Source: Octopus sinensis
Lineage: Eukaryota
Length of the DNA stretch: 64,000 nt
Assembly (NCBI RefSeq): GCF_006345805.1
Contig: NC_043005.1
Location: forward strand, 61,070,001 to 61,134,000
Direction of reading: 5' to 3'
Below are positions 1 through 11,628 of the stretch, piece by piece. The notes below the pieces were generated by a model. That model ran no database searches and was not told the origin of the DNA. It saw only the letters and a list, made by a program, of their open reading frames with translations. Each line of letters opens with the position of its first letter. Positions within the stretch are counted from its first letter, which is position 1. A program made the position numbers and the translations under genes.

Positions 1-158
1 ATACGTTACATGAATGGGAAAACCAGCAGACATTGTATTACACTATGGTACAAACTAACAAACAAAGATGAATAGATACATTTTGATGGATCGAAAGTAT
101 ACTGGTGTAACATTAAGAAAACAACACTGCAGCACAATTGAAGCACAACCAGCCTTGA

Positions 159-556
159 TATTCTTTTCTATTCTAGGCACAAGGCCCAAAATGTTTGGGG
201 AGGAGGCCAGTCGATTAGATCGACCCAGTGCGGAACTGGTGCTTAATTTACCGGCCCCGAAATGATGAAAGACACAGTCGACCACGGCGAAATTTGAACT
301 CAACGTAAAGACAGAGGAAATACCTATTTCTTTATTACCCAAAAGGGGCTAAACACAGAGGGGACAAACAAGGACAGAAATAGGTATTAAGGTGATTACA
401 TCGACCCCAGTGCGTAACTGGTACTTAATTTATCGACCCCGAAAAGATGAAAGGCAAAGTCGACCTCGGCGGAATTTGAACTCACAACGTAACGCAGACG
501 AAATACCGCTAAGCATTTCGCCCAGCGTGCTAACGTTTCTGCCAGCTCACCACCTT
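159..556 (-). mobile_element. tRNA-derived SINE family A, full monomer (556-325) followed by a 5'-truncated second monomer (324-159)
   Basis: Reverse complement shows the head ggtgagctggcagaaacgttagcacg, a B-box-like gagttcaaattcc and the central gaggtcgactttgcctttcatc..ggggtcgataaattaagtaccag shared with more than ten other copies in the window. Confidence 0.9.
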
Positions 557-578
557 CAAGCGGCCTTGACATTGTAAA

Positions 579-715
579 GGCGCATGGCCTAGTGATTTGG
601 ATGTTGTATCCACGATCTCTAAACGCAGTTTCTATTCCTCACCGAATCTTGTGTTGTATCATTGAGCAAGCCACTTAATTTCACTTTGCTCTATGCTACT
701 CAGCTGTAAATGAGA
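579..715 (+). mobile_element. Decayed tRNA-derived SINE family C with CORE-like segment
   Basis: A-box-like ggcgcatggcctagtg followed by ttgagcaagccacttaatttcac, which resembles the CORE domain. Similar to 54772-54900. Confidence 0.6.
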
Positions 716-2609
716 AACGCTGCCATTCTGTTCAACAGGAATGGTATGGTCTCGGTTACCTATACGCCGTAGAAGACAAATAACCGATCCTTTGAGTCCA
801 AGAACTCTAAACAATGTATGATGTTCGGTGATCTCAAAATGCAAACATTTTTGTTGTGAAATTCAGCTGCTCACTTGCTCCATATGCCAAGAAAATATAG
901 GAGAAAAAGTGAAATATTCATGGACCGCTGAGAAGCTTGCTACTCCAGTACTCAAAATACACTTACATTTTATATAAAGTCAGGAGGTATGAGATGATTA
1001 TATTTATTTCATCAGTTGAACAAAGATACAACTGCAATGAACCTCATTTCTGTAATCCATAACCTACGGAAGAACATGATGTTTAGAACAATAAAACTAT
1101 GCAACACCTTCTTGAAATTTAAAGGATGAATAAATAATTGTGAGAATGATGACAAAGAAGACACGAAACATTTCTTTTAAACTCTGCCTCCGAAGCATTC
1201 TCAAGAAAATAAGCTCTCAGACTTCCGTCAAGATGTATATAAATTCACACACACGCATACATAGACATATGGATATGCGTGTGTGTGTGTGCGTGCGAAC
1301 GCACGTATGTGTGTATGTGCATGTATGTGTGTATGTGCATACATATACATATGTATGTTTTTATATGTGTGCCTGTACATATATATATTGATAGATAGAT
1401 AGATAGATAGATATGTATGTATGTATGTATATGTGTCGCATCAGTAAATATGTCCAATAATACAAATTCTATTCTTATTTTCGGAAGAAAACAGGTCTTT
1501 TGATGCTATTAGATATGAAATTAGCCTCCATGTATAGGATTTCTTTCGCTAAAGCATATGCGTGCTTAGATTTCTGATTCAAAGCTATGCCATCCGACAC
1601 ATTGAATAGCAAATCTCCTCATTTACATTGATCTTGATTCCTTGATATATTCCTATTTCTATAAGGAATTATATAAGCCGTTTCCAAATGCGTATACAAC
1701 TTCACATGTAAAAAACATTATTTCAGTAAACGTGACATTTACAGGTAAATACGAATAGAAATAAATGGAACATTATACGAGAGATATAGTGTTGCATGTA
1801 AATAAGTGTCATCCAACGACGGCAAGTTATACGTAATATGTATGTGTTTACATTTTTATCGAAAATGAAATTAGCTTGTTCTTAATGCATGTTGGGGCAC
1901 TGATTCCAACGATCCCTTTTCCCCTTACCACACATAGCTTTAATTTCTCTTATATCTTACTGTGACGTATTATGTATTATCTTTTTTTTACAAAATCCGT
2001 TTATGGCTTGAATCGAAGAAACACAGAATATATTTCTTTCATTTCTACATTATTAATTTTTGCCTTAATTTTCTTGTTATATATCCTGTGAGACACACTT
2101 GCCGTTGCATCATATTCACTCGAAATCTTCCACAAAGCTAGCAATTCTAGGGAAAAGAGAAAATCGTCATAAAATATAAGTTATACATGGTATACAAAAT
2201 GCTGATGCAATCTTCCTGATGTAGTTGAACTTACTTGCAGGGTCAACTGAAAACCGTCACTACTCATCTAGAACATTAAGAGACCGTGGCCTTCTCGACT
2301 GTCATTCTCACACCCACACTTAGAGTGTTCATATGCTTTGCCGCCATTTTCAACAACTTTCACCTAGCTTACTATAAATTTACGCGAGAGCACCTCCCTC
2401 TGCATTCCCTGTCCCTTTAACGAGTATTCGTCTATATAGACTCAGCTGCTTCCAGGACTCGTCCAATACACAACAGTAGATGTTCGGCATAACAAAAGAC
2501 AATAAAATTACAAAATATATGCATATAATCAAATAAGTAAATGAGTATATATGTGATGACATTTTCTTGCATGTACTTTTGAATGTGTACACATAGTCGC
2601 ACGCACACA

Positions 2610-2654
<45 letters not shown>

Positions 2655-3904
2655 GCAGGTGCAGGTGTAGAAATAAGCATAGGCGCTGTATGGCTGAATA
2701 TTTAACAACTGGATTTGCAAACACGAGAATCTGGATATCTATCCCTCTGCGAGGTTCCTTGAGCAAATGTAATTTTCTCAGCATTTAGTTCCGCCCCATG
2801 TCTTTGTGCGTGAAATTGGGATGATAGAAAACATTATAGAAGACCGTTGTAGGGATTGTTCCTGTTATTAAATTGGTACCATCTCGTCATATATTTTATC
2901 AACCCGACTTTGACAGGGAATCACTTTAAGGATGCACGTAACATTCACAAGCTCAGCCAATTACACGGTAATTCAGGAGCAGGTAATTCACTTGGTCGAA
3001 CAACCGAGTCTTCATCGTGTAAAGACGGAGCTCCACCATTTATATCAAGATAGTTATATATATATAAATATATATATATGTACATATATATGTGAGTGTG
3101 TGTATGTGTGTGTGTGCGCCCGCGTGTGTGTATGTGTGTGTTTGGGAACACAACTATAAATCAATAAATGAATGAAATGTCAGAGATGATGTCCTTTGTT
3201 TTGTTATTAACATCAACTCAGGCTTTATCTTGCAGATTTATGATCAAAGGCATTTCAAATCTAATTTATTTTATACTATTTTGTAATAGTAATTATTTCT
3301 CTTTTCATTTTTTTCATTTTTTTGATACGGTATAATTTGAAAGAAATTTCGGAATTTTGCTAATATTTCCACCAAGTTGTGCGACAGTACACAGAAACCC
3401 ATATTGGGTTAGTTAGGTAATGAAATTCTAATTGTCGTTGCTGCATTTTTACCTCGGGGTCACATCTCCTGTAACAAGCCTATAACCAAAGAAAATCCTA
3501 TTAATACTATCCTGTCTATTTGTGAAGGGAAACCTAGAACACGTTACCCAACATGCCGCTACTAATACGGCATGTTGTCAGCCGAAGTGGATTTGATTGT
3601 GGTTTCCAGCAAGTTGAAAGACCACCAGTGACCCTCTCACTAGCTTATTGTATAATATTCTTTGTTATGTTATTGTCATGAAACCACGGGTCAGCTCTGT
3701 TCAAGCAGATCTGTGATAAAAGACGTTACCCTGTAGTTAGGATTATACCATCTCCATCCTAAATACACAGGACCCATGAGCATTTACTATTGTCTTTATT
3801 TATGAGGCTAAGATGTGAGTTGGGTGAGGTTTAGCTATGATAATTAGCAGATCGAGCGACCACTAACATACACGCTCTCTCGTTCACGCATAGTTGTACT
3901 GCTA

Positions 3905-4130
3905 GTTATTGTTGTTGTTGTTAAGCAACAAGACGGGTAAGGGTGATTAGGTGATGGTCTGGGGCTTAGGGGCGAGAGACCCCAGACCTTAGAAAAAATA
4001 AACTTTGGTCGCCTTGTTGTAGTTGAGGGCTCTTCGTTGACGCCCGACACCACCGGGAGGTGGCCCTCAAAGTCGCTTGAAATGGAGATCTCAAGGTCCA
4101 AATTCTTGAACGGCTGTAGTGCTAGTATAT
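3905..4130 (-). mobile_element. Unassigned GC-richer fragment ending in an (AAC)n tail, possible retroelement 3' end
   Basis: Non-repetitive block of higher GC that runs, on the minus strand, into aacaacaacaacaataac. No protein motif recognised. Confidence 0.3.
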
Positions 4131-4144
4131 TAATAACGGCGATT

Positions 4145-4359
4145 AAGGCGGCGAGCTGGCAGAAACGTTAGCACGTCGGGCGAAATGCTTAGCGGTATTT
4201 CGTCTGCCGTTACGTTTTGAGTTCAAATTCCGCCGAGGTCGACTTTGCCTTTCATCCTTTCGGGGTCGATAAATTAAGTACCAGTAACGCACTGGGGGGC
4301 GATGTCTGTCCTTGTTTGTCCCCTCTATGTTTAGCCCCTTGTGGGTAATAAAGAAATAT
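4145..4359 (+). mobile_element. SINE family A, full length with a small internal deletion
   Basis: aaggcggcgagctggcagaaacgttagc...gagttcaaattccgccgaggtcgactttgcctttcatcctttcggggtcgataaattaagtaccag...gtgggtaataaagaaata. Confidence 0.92.
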
Positions 4360-4429
4360 ATTAATGACGGCGATATTCATGATAATGACAGCTCTACAAG
4401 TAAATGCCGTGTTGTAGTTGTTATTGATA

Positions 4430-4630
4430 TTGATGGTGGTGGTGGGGGTTTTGATGGCTTTAGTTTGGCTTTGGAGATGGTGGAGGTAGTGCTGCTTTTC
4501 GTGGTTTTCATGGTGGTGGTGGTGGTCGTCGTCGTCGTTGTGGTGGTCGTGGTGATTGAGATGGTAGTGGTACTTCTGCTACTGCTGCTGCTGGTGTTTA
4601 CGGTGGTCTGTGGTGGTGGCGGCGGCGGTG
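4430..4630. repeat. Degenerate compound trinucleotide tract (GGT/GTC/CTG)
   Basis: Interleaved ggt, gtc and ctg runs. Explains the poly-V and poly-T/P ORFs here. Confidence 0.85.
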
Positions 4631-5099
4631 CCGAAAGTGCCATAGTCCAAGTATTTACATGTAATAAGGACGATTTAGCAGCAACTTCGACTACAATGTT
4701 GAGTGTGTTAAACCAACGGAAATATTTCAGTCACTAGGAAAAAATTTATTACGCTGAACTAAATATATTGATCTATTTTTGTTTCTGTTTTTATTCCTTC
4801 TCTAAATAAAAACCAAATACTAAATCAAAGAAAAAAGATATTAACTAATAAAATCAATACAAAAATGTTGTGCTAAATCAAAATGAATATTTCATTCTTT
4901 TATTAGATAGAATCTAAATTAATCAGCAGTAATGTTTAAATTTCACAGACTGTTCCTAACATATTTTATAGTTTATTATACAAAAATCATTTATCCTTGC
5001 AATAATTTTCACACTGCAAAAGCCAAAATAATTTTTTTATGAATCGTAAACTAAAAACGTGAAATTAAAAGGATTAAAAACGTAGCAACCAATGTAATA

Positions 5100-5107
5100 T
5101 ACAACAA

Positions 5108-5146
<39 letters not shown>

Positions 5147-5199
5147 CAACAGCAACAACAACAACAACAACAACAACAACAACGACGACGACGATAATG

Positions 5200-5240
<41 letters not shown>
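5100..5240. repeat. Compound (AAC)n(AGC)n(AAC)n(GAC)n(AAT)n microsatellite
   Basis: Read directly from the sequence. Confidence 0.95.
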
Positions 5241-5241
<1 letters not shown>

Positions 5242-5458
5242 GTGGCTTCAAATTTTACCACAAGGGCAGCTTTTGGGAGAAGGGGATGAGATGATTACAT
5301 CGCCCCCCAGTGTTCAACGGGTCCTTAATCTATCGACCTCAAAAGGATGAAAGGAAACGTCGACCCCGGAGGAATTTGAACTCAGAACGTAGCGACGGGC
5401 GAAATACGGCAAAGCCTTTCATTCAGCGTGTTAACGATTCTACCAGATCGCCGCCTTT
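5241..5458 (-). mobile_element. SINE family A, diverged
   Basis: Reverse complement of the family A head and central motif (ggatgaaaggaaacgtcgacc, aatttgaactcagaacgt, gatcgccgcctt). Confidence 0.85.
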
Positions 5459-5522
5459 GTAATGATGATAATAATAATAATGATGATGATGATGATGATG
5501 TGATGATGATGATGATGATGAT

Positions 5523-6048
5523 GCAGTGGCTCTCATGGCTTCTGATCTTAACTGATTAGAAGTACTATTATTTTGTCTTGGTATAAACGATGGGCTACAG
5601 CAAATATTCTGCTCAATACCATAGATTTGCTTGTCAGTTGTTTTACATTAACCAGTTGAGCATGTCCCTTAGTGGCTGACGATATGCGCATCTCTGATCT
5701 CGAGCAGAACTAATGGAGACGCATCATAGCTATGTGTTGAGAGAAATTCTTTGGAGTTTGAATACTTCACTTCTAGAAACTTGGGTGTTTCGATCAACAT
5801 CCTAAAACAACCCTTATTCAGGGAGCTTTTGAATGGGATGAGCTACTCGACTTGATGAACATTCTAACTGGACTCCACCTGCAAGGTCATGCGCTATTTA
5901 TCTTGATATGAGATAGCCATGTTGCGTACATATGGTTGTGATGCATGTGCCTGGTGTACTCTTATCAGACGAGTTGTCATGACGGGTATAATGGACTTCG
6001 TTTATTTTATCCAGTTTCACTTTGATGGCATGCACTGCTCTCTCACTC
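5523..6048. mobile_element. About 530-bp dispersed repeat between microsatellite tracts, copy 1
   Basis: Aligns end to end with 7422-7960 (gcagtggctctcatggcttctgatcttaactgatt ... gatggcatgcactgctctctcactc). Flanked by (GAT)n and (AAT)n. Confidence 0.85.
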
Positions 6049-6250
6049 AATAATAATAACAACAACAACAAGGTTGTTGGTGTCTTTGTGACTGACAAAG
6101 ACTGTACAAATCCCCAGTACACACAAAATCTTCAACCTACCACATCGCAATATAGTATATGATGTATGACGTCACAGATAATAATAAAAATAATGATAAT
6201 GATAACGATTAAGATGATGGTGATGATGATGGTGATGATGATGGTGATGG

Positions 6251-6285
<35 letters not shown>

Positions 6286-7076
6286 GCAAGAGACCTCTCC
6301 AATTCCTGTTCTAACCGACTCACACGTCTATGCTTACAAAAATCACTCTTGTGATTTTCGCAATTGTCACCCACCTTTCAACAAATTGACTCGACGACAG
6401 TTTCTCCTTCTCCATCCTCACTTTCCTTTTCAAGGAAGCCCTTACGCGCTCCCTTTTTCAAGGTAGCGCCTACACGTTCACCCACGCCGAAAATTCTTGC
6501 AGTAAATTGACTACGTGACCATTTGAAGGCATTCCTTCACAAGAAAATAAAATAAGAGAAGCTTCAACATAATCATGCAAGACGCCAGTGAGGCGATATA
6601 TGCTGATGGAAGTGCTGTAAGTATTTGCCAGCCATGCCTGGCCTGTCAGGGACAAATTTTCTCTCTATTTCTGAATATGACTGGTCACCTTATTCGTTAT
6701 CTCACAAAGTTATTATCCACCTGGAAGTCGGGACGGAACCAGACCCCAAGAAGTTAAGTGTTCCGACAGAGCATGGAACTGATACTGTAGGTTACCATTC
6801 GCAAGCCAACTAACTTGTTGGTGTTGGTTTCGGTTTCCGCAACAAACTCGTATTCCTTTAGAAAGTTGCCGACCGTCTCCACTTCAGTGACTTATGGTAC
6901 TATGATGCTGACATGGTCCGCGCACGTTGTAAATATTAAATGCAGAAGACGGACCAATCAAGCGTGCAATACATAACGGTTTCGTTAGGAGGCCGTTTAC
7001 TTTGACCAGCAAGCAGATGCCACTGTGCTTTACAGTGATCCAGCTGTTTTCAAGACGGCTTCTACATAGTGGTCAA
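6286..7076 (-). mobile_element. Decayed, internally deleted Tx1/L1-clade LINE (RT C-terminal part and ORF2 end)
   Basis: Minus-strand peptides ADHVSIIV..VETVGNFLKEYE (YADD region), LGVWFRPD, LSLTGQAWLANTY..SISIYRLT and RKVRMEKEKLSSSQFVERWVTIAKITRV resemble Tx1-type ORF2. Contains stops and frameshifts, and the 3' end abuts (ATC)n. Confidence 0.75.
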
Positions 7077-7078
7077 GA

Positions 7079-7269
7079 CTACTAAAGGCACAAGGGCTGA
7101 AATTTTGGGGTAGAGGACTAGTCGATTACGTCGACCCTCCTTAATTTATCAATCCGGAAATAATGAAAAGCAAAGCCAACCACGACGGGATTTGAACTGA
7201 CAATGTAAAGACTGACAAAATGCCGCTAAGTACTTTCTCTAGCGTTCCAACATTTCTGCCATCACGCTT
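7079..7269 (-). mobile_element. SINE family A, diverged
   Basis: aatgaaaagcaaagccaaccacgacgggatttgaact...aaatgccgctaag matches the family A reverse complement. Confidence 0.8.
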
Positions 7270-7287
7270 ATACGATAATAATAATAA

Positions 7288-7320
<33 letters not shown>

Positions 7321-7421
7321 TATAATGATGATGCTGATGATAATAATAATAATAATAATATAATAATAATAATATAATAATAATAATAATAAATAATAAT
7401 AATAAAATAATAATAATAATA

Positions 7422-7960
7422 AATGCCCTGATGCAGTACCAGGCAGTGGCTCTCATGGCTTCTGATCTTAACTGATTGGAAGTGTTATCATGTACATTGT
7501 TTTGTCTTGGTAGAAAAGATGTGCTACAGCAAATATTCTGCTGAATACCACAGATTTGCTTGTCAGTTGTTTGACCTTAACCAGTTGAGCATATCCCTTA
7601 GTGGCTGATCACGAGCAGAAGTAGCGGAGGAGCATCATAGCCATGTGTTGAGAGGGATTCTTTGGAGTTTGAATAATTCACCTCTGGAAACATGGGTGGT
7701 TCTTTCAACATCCTTAAACAACCCTTATTCAGGGACCTTTTGAGCGGGATGGGCTACTCAACCTGAAGAAAATTCTAACTGGGCCCCACCTGCAAGGTCA
7801 TGTGCTGTTTATCTTGATATGAGATCACCATGTCGCGCACATATGGTTGTGATGCATGTGCCTGGTGTACCCTTATCAGACGGGTAGTCATGATGTGTAT
7901 ATTGGGCTTCGTATATTTTACCCCAGTGTCACTTTGATGGCATGCACTGCTCTCTCACTC
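7422..7960. mobile_element. About 530-bp dispersed repeat inside (AAT)n, copy 2
   Basis: Same element as 5523-6048, with (AAT)n on both sides. Confidence 0.85.
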
Positions 7961-7977
7961 AATAATAATAATAATAA

Positions 7978-8128
7978 TATTGCGTAGCACTGCACACATC
8001 CTACGCAAAACACTTTCAATACAGTAACCATCAGAGCATCACGACAAACCACAGCACATACCCAAGGCACACACAGCTGCGCTCGGTTGTGAAGTAAAAG
8101 CATGCTATAAAAATAAAACTACTGAATA
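7978..8128 (+). mobile_element. 3' end of an R4/Dong-like (RLE) non-LTR retrotransposon
   Basis: act gca cac atc cta cgc aaa aca ctt tca ata cag taa = TAHILRKTLSIQ*, matching the GTA.ILR..L C-terminus of RLE ORFs. Followed by a short 3' UTR and an (AAT)n tail. Confidence 0.7.
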
Positions 8129-8131
8129 ATG

Positions 8132-8191
<60 letters not shown>

Positions 8192-8225
8192 TAATAATAA
8201 TAATTAATAATATTAACAACAAGAA

Positions 8226-8325
8226 TCCTTCACTAAAGGCACAAGGCCTGGAATTTGGCGGGAGGCGACCAGTCGATTGCATTGACATCAGTGTTTCACT
8301 GGTACATAATTTATCGATCCCGAAA
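8226..8325 (-). mobile_element. SINE family A, 3' fragment
   Basis: aaaggcacaaggcctggaattt...agtcgattgcattgac...ctggtacataatttatcgatcccgaaa. Confidence 0.7.
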
Positions 8326-9089
8326 TAATAACAAAAGAACGGCACTAAAATTATGGCATCAGAAACACGTGTAGGTATAAGAGTTGTATACCACGATTTA
8401 CAAAAGAATCAAAATGACATAAATCATTATTATAATTTATTTAAAAGTTGTATTGTTCTATGCATGTAGTTTTGAGAAAGAAATTTTTATATTCGTATGT
8501 TTTTGTATGTTTTGTTTTCAAATTAACTATTTATTACTCAAATTTCAAAATACCGATTGAAGAGCATCACCAAAAACCAAAGAAACTTAAATTTAAAAAT
8601 AGAGAAAGGGTAAGAGAGTTAGAATACATAAGCTAATATAAAGATGTTTTCCTCAGCAATACAGAAAGAAAGAACATGTTTACACGGGAAACAATAAAAT
8701 ATATGTTCATGCTATGCACTTTAATTGCTTAAAAATAAAACGGCAAAACTGCTTAACATTTTCAATTTAGATTTCCAATTTATAGCTGTAGTGATATCCG
8801 CTAAAAAGTAAATAATTGTCATAAGAATAAACACAAGGTTCAATTACATGCCTTTAAGGTAGGTAGGTATAATATGAGAGCTACGTTAGAGAATGGAAAT
8901 GTTTGCTAAAAATGATTTTCCTGCCAAACAATCATGAATGTGTTGCATAGGAAATCGTTTTTAAATAACTTGTAGATCGTGACACCAATTTAATTGGATG
9001 GCGATGATGTGAGCATACATCTGTAAGAAAAGAATACCAGTCATCTTTTTGTGTTTTGAAGAAATGTGCTTTCACAGAGGTATGTAAAT

Positions 9090-9545
<456 letters not shown>

Positions 9546-9633
9546 TGTAGCTATCTCTATCTCTTTCTCAGTCGCCCACCTTAAATATACATTTATGTGT
9601 GTGTGTGTATGTGTATGCATATGTATGAAACGT

Positions 9634-9780
9634 AGGCGTAGGTGTGTGGTAAAAAGCTTCCCAACCACATGGTTCCGGTTTCAGTTCCACTGCGTGTGGA
9701 ACCTTGCACAAATATCTACAGCTATACCCTCGAGCCAACCAAGGCATTATGAGTGGATTTGGAAAATGGAAACTGCTTGG
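9634..9780 (+). mobile_element. SINE family B, 5' module only
   Basis: gtgtgtggtaaaaagcttcccaaccacatggttccggtttcagttccactgcgt...ttatgagtggatttgg matches the 5' part of the copies at 19680 and 40654. Confidence 0.75.
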
Positions 9781-9849
9781 TTTTCGCGCCGGATGCTCCA
9801 ATACGAACATTTTAGCGTTTGGGTCTCAATCTGAGGAGAGTGCAAACTG

Positions 9850-10270
9850 AGGACATGTACCGAGGGTGATAAAAATCAAACATCCAGTCAACATCATGAT
9901 GTCTGGAGTGATCACTAGTGATGGCGACATTATGTCTCCATTCATCTTTCCACAAGGCCTGAGACTCAACCTGGGGGCTTACATCAAGTGCCTAGATGAG
10001 GTAGTGCTGCCCTGGGTCAAAAGACGGGCTGCTGCAAGACCCTATTTCTGGCAACAGAACTCTGCATCATACCACACGAGCTGCCAGACAATTTCTGCGA
10101 CCACATCACACCTAATATCTGGCCACCTAACTCCACCCACTGCAACCCACTTCAATATGTGTGGGGCGCAGCATTCACCAACATAAACAGGGCGACCGTC
10201 CAGAAGATTTGCAGGAGATTCCCAAGTCGTCTGAAGGCCGTGGTTTAAGCGAATGACGTGTTATTGTAAT
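9850..10270 (+). mobile_element. Tc1/mariner-superfamily transposase relic (maT/DD37D-like catalytic region)
   Basis: KHPVNIMMSGVITSDGDIMSPFIF...LPWV..RPYFWQQNSASYHT, then in a shifted frame HITPNIWPPNSTHCNP and RRFPSRLKAVV. These correspond to the WQQDSAP.HT and WPPNSPD.NP motifs. Deleted and frameshifted. Confidence 0.8.
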
Positions 10271-10414
10271 AAAATTACTCTTTAGATATTTTCTATATAA
10301 ATTCTATATAATATCTGTTAAAATGAGATATCAGTGTTCTTTCCAGTGTTCTTTCCAATTTAGACGACAGTATATATATTCACTGTACCCTGTATCTATC
10401 TGTCTATCTATCTC

Positions 10415-10491
<77 letters not shown>

Positions 10492-10534
10492 ATATCTCTA
10501 TCTCTTTGTCTATCTATCTATATGCATATATATA

Positions 10535-10884
10535 TATTTTAAAAATATAGATGTATGAAAGAATGGAGTTGAACGACGAATTAACAAAATTCCTTTATTT
10601 TCGACATATGTTTCGAAGGCTGCATATTCCTAATTGCGAAGGAATAAGGAGTACATAATTATATTATCGCTATGAGCTCCATGTGAGCAATCATCTAAAA
10701 GTTTTTTGTGCATTTTGATGTTGACATAAGTTCCTTGCTTTTCCTGATGAGAAAGCGGCATAATGTACTCCTTATTCCTTCGCAATTAGGAATATGCAGC
10801 CTTCGAAACATATGTCGAAAATAAAGGAATTTTGTTAATTCGTCGTTCAACTCCATTCTTTCATATATCTATATTTTTAAAATA
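10535..10884. repeat. Fold-back: 122-bp inverted arms (10535-10656 and 10763-10884) with a 106-bp spacer
   Basis: The arms are reverse complements with one mismatch seen (10553 region, gatgtatg vs gatatatg). Confidence 0.93.
10731..10829 (+). ncRNA. Type I hammerhead ribozyme with minimal palindromic helix III
   Basis: Helix I 10731-10743/10817-10829 (11 of 13 pairs). CUGAUGA at 10744-10750. Helix II 10751-10762/10793-10804 (10 of 12 pairs, G10.1-C11.1 kept). GAAA at 10805-10808. Helix III palindrome ACAUAUGU at 10808-10815. GUC cleavage after 10816. Confidence 0.8.
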
Positions 10885-11029
10885 AACATACAAATTTCCA
10901 TACGAAAGCACGTAATCTATGCCCTAGGCACGTAACTTCAACCGTGTTTTTTCTGATGTGAATTTGCTACCCAGGTATCGGTTAATTCGAATTTTCCTTA
11001 ATAAGATAATTCATTCAACTACTCAAATA

Positions 11030-11410
<381 letters not shown>

Positions 11411-11628
11411 GTTGTACATTAACAAAATTACATGTACTTCCTGTAATCAATAAAATTAAACGCATTTTATTATCAATTAATTAATTAATTAGTTAATTAG
11501 TTAATTAATTAATTTATTTATTTCATGATTTATATTTTTATTTGTTCGCTTGTCATCTTGCTATGCCAAACAAAAGTGGCATTTTGAATTATTTCCCAAA
11601 GACAATTGTATTATTAATATTGTATATC

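Noticed and set aside
3549-3577. 10-bp perfect hairpin caacatgccg/cggcatgttg as a terminator
   Set aside because: There is no U-tract, the context is eukaryotic, and it appears to lie within a decayed repeat.
4145-4240. SINE heads as true tRNA genes (also 61507, 62203, 63036)
   Set aside because: A/B-box-like motifs are present but I could not fold a cloverleaf, and each continues into SINE body sequence.
4312-4737. Mucin-like P/T/S-rich or poly-Val ORFs
   Set aside because: They overlap a SINE tail and a degenerate trinucleotide tract, with no splice or domain support.
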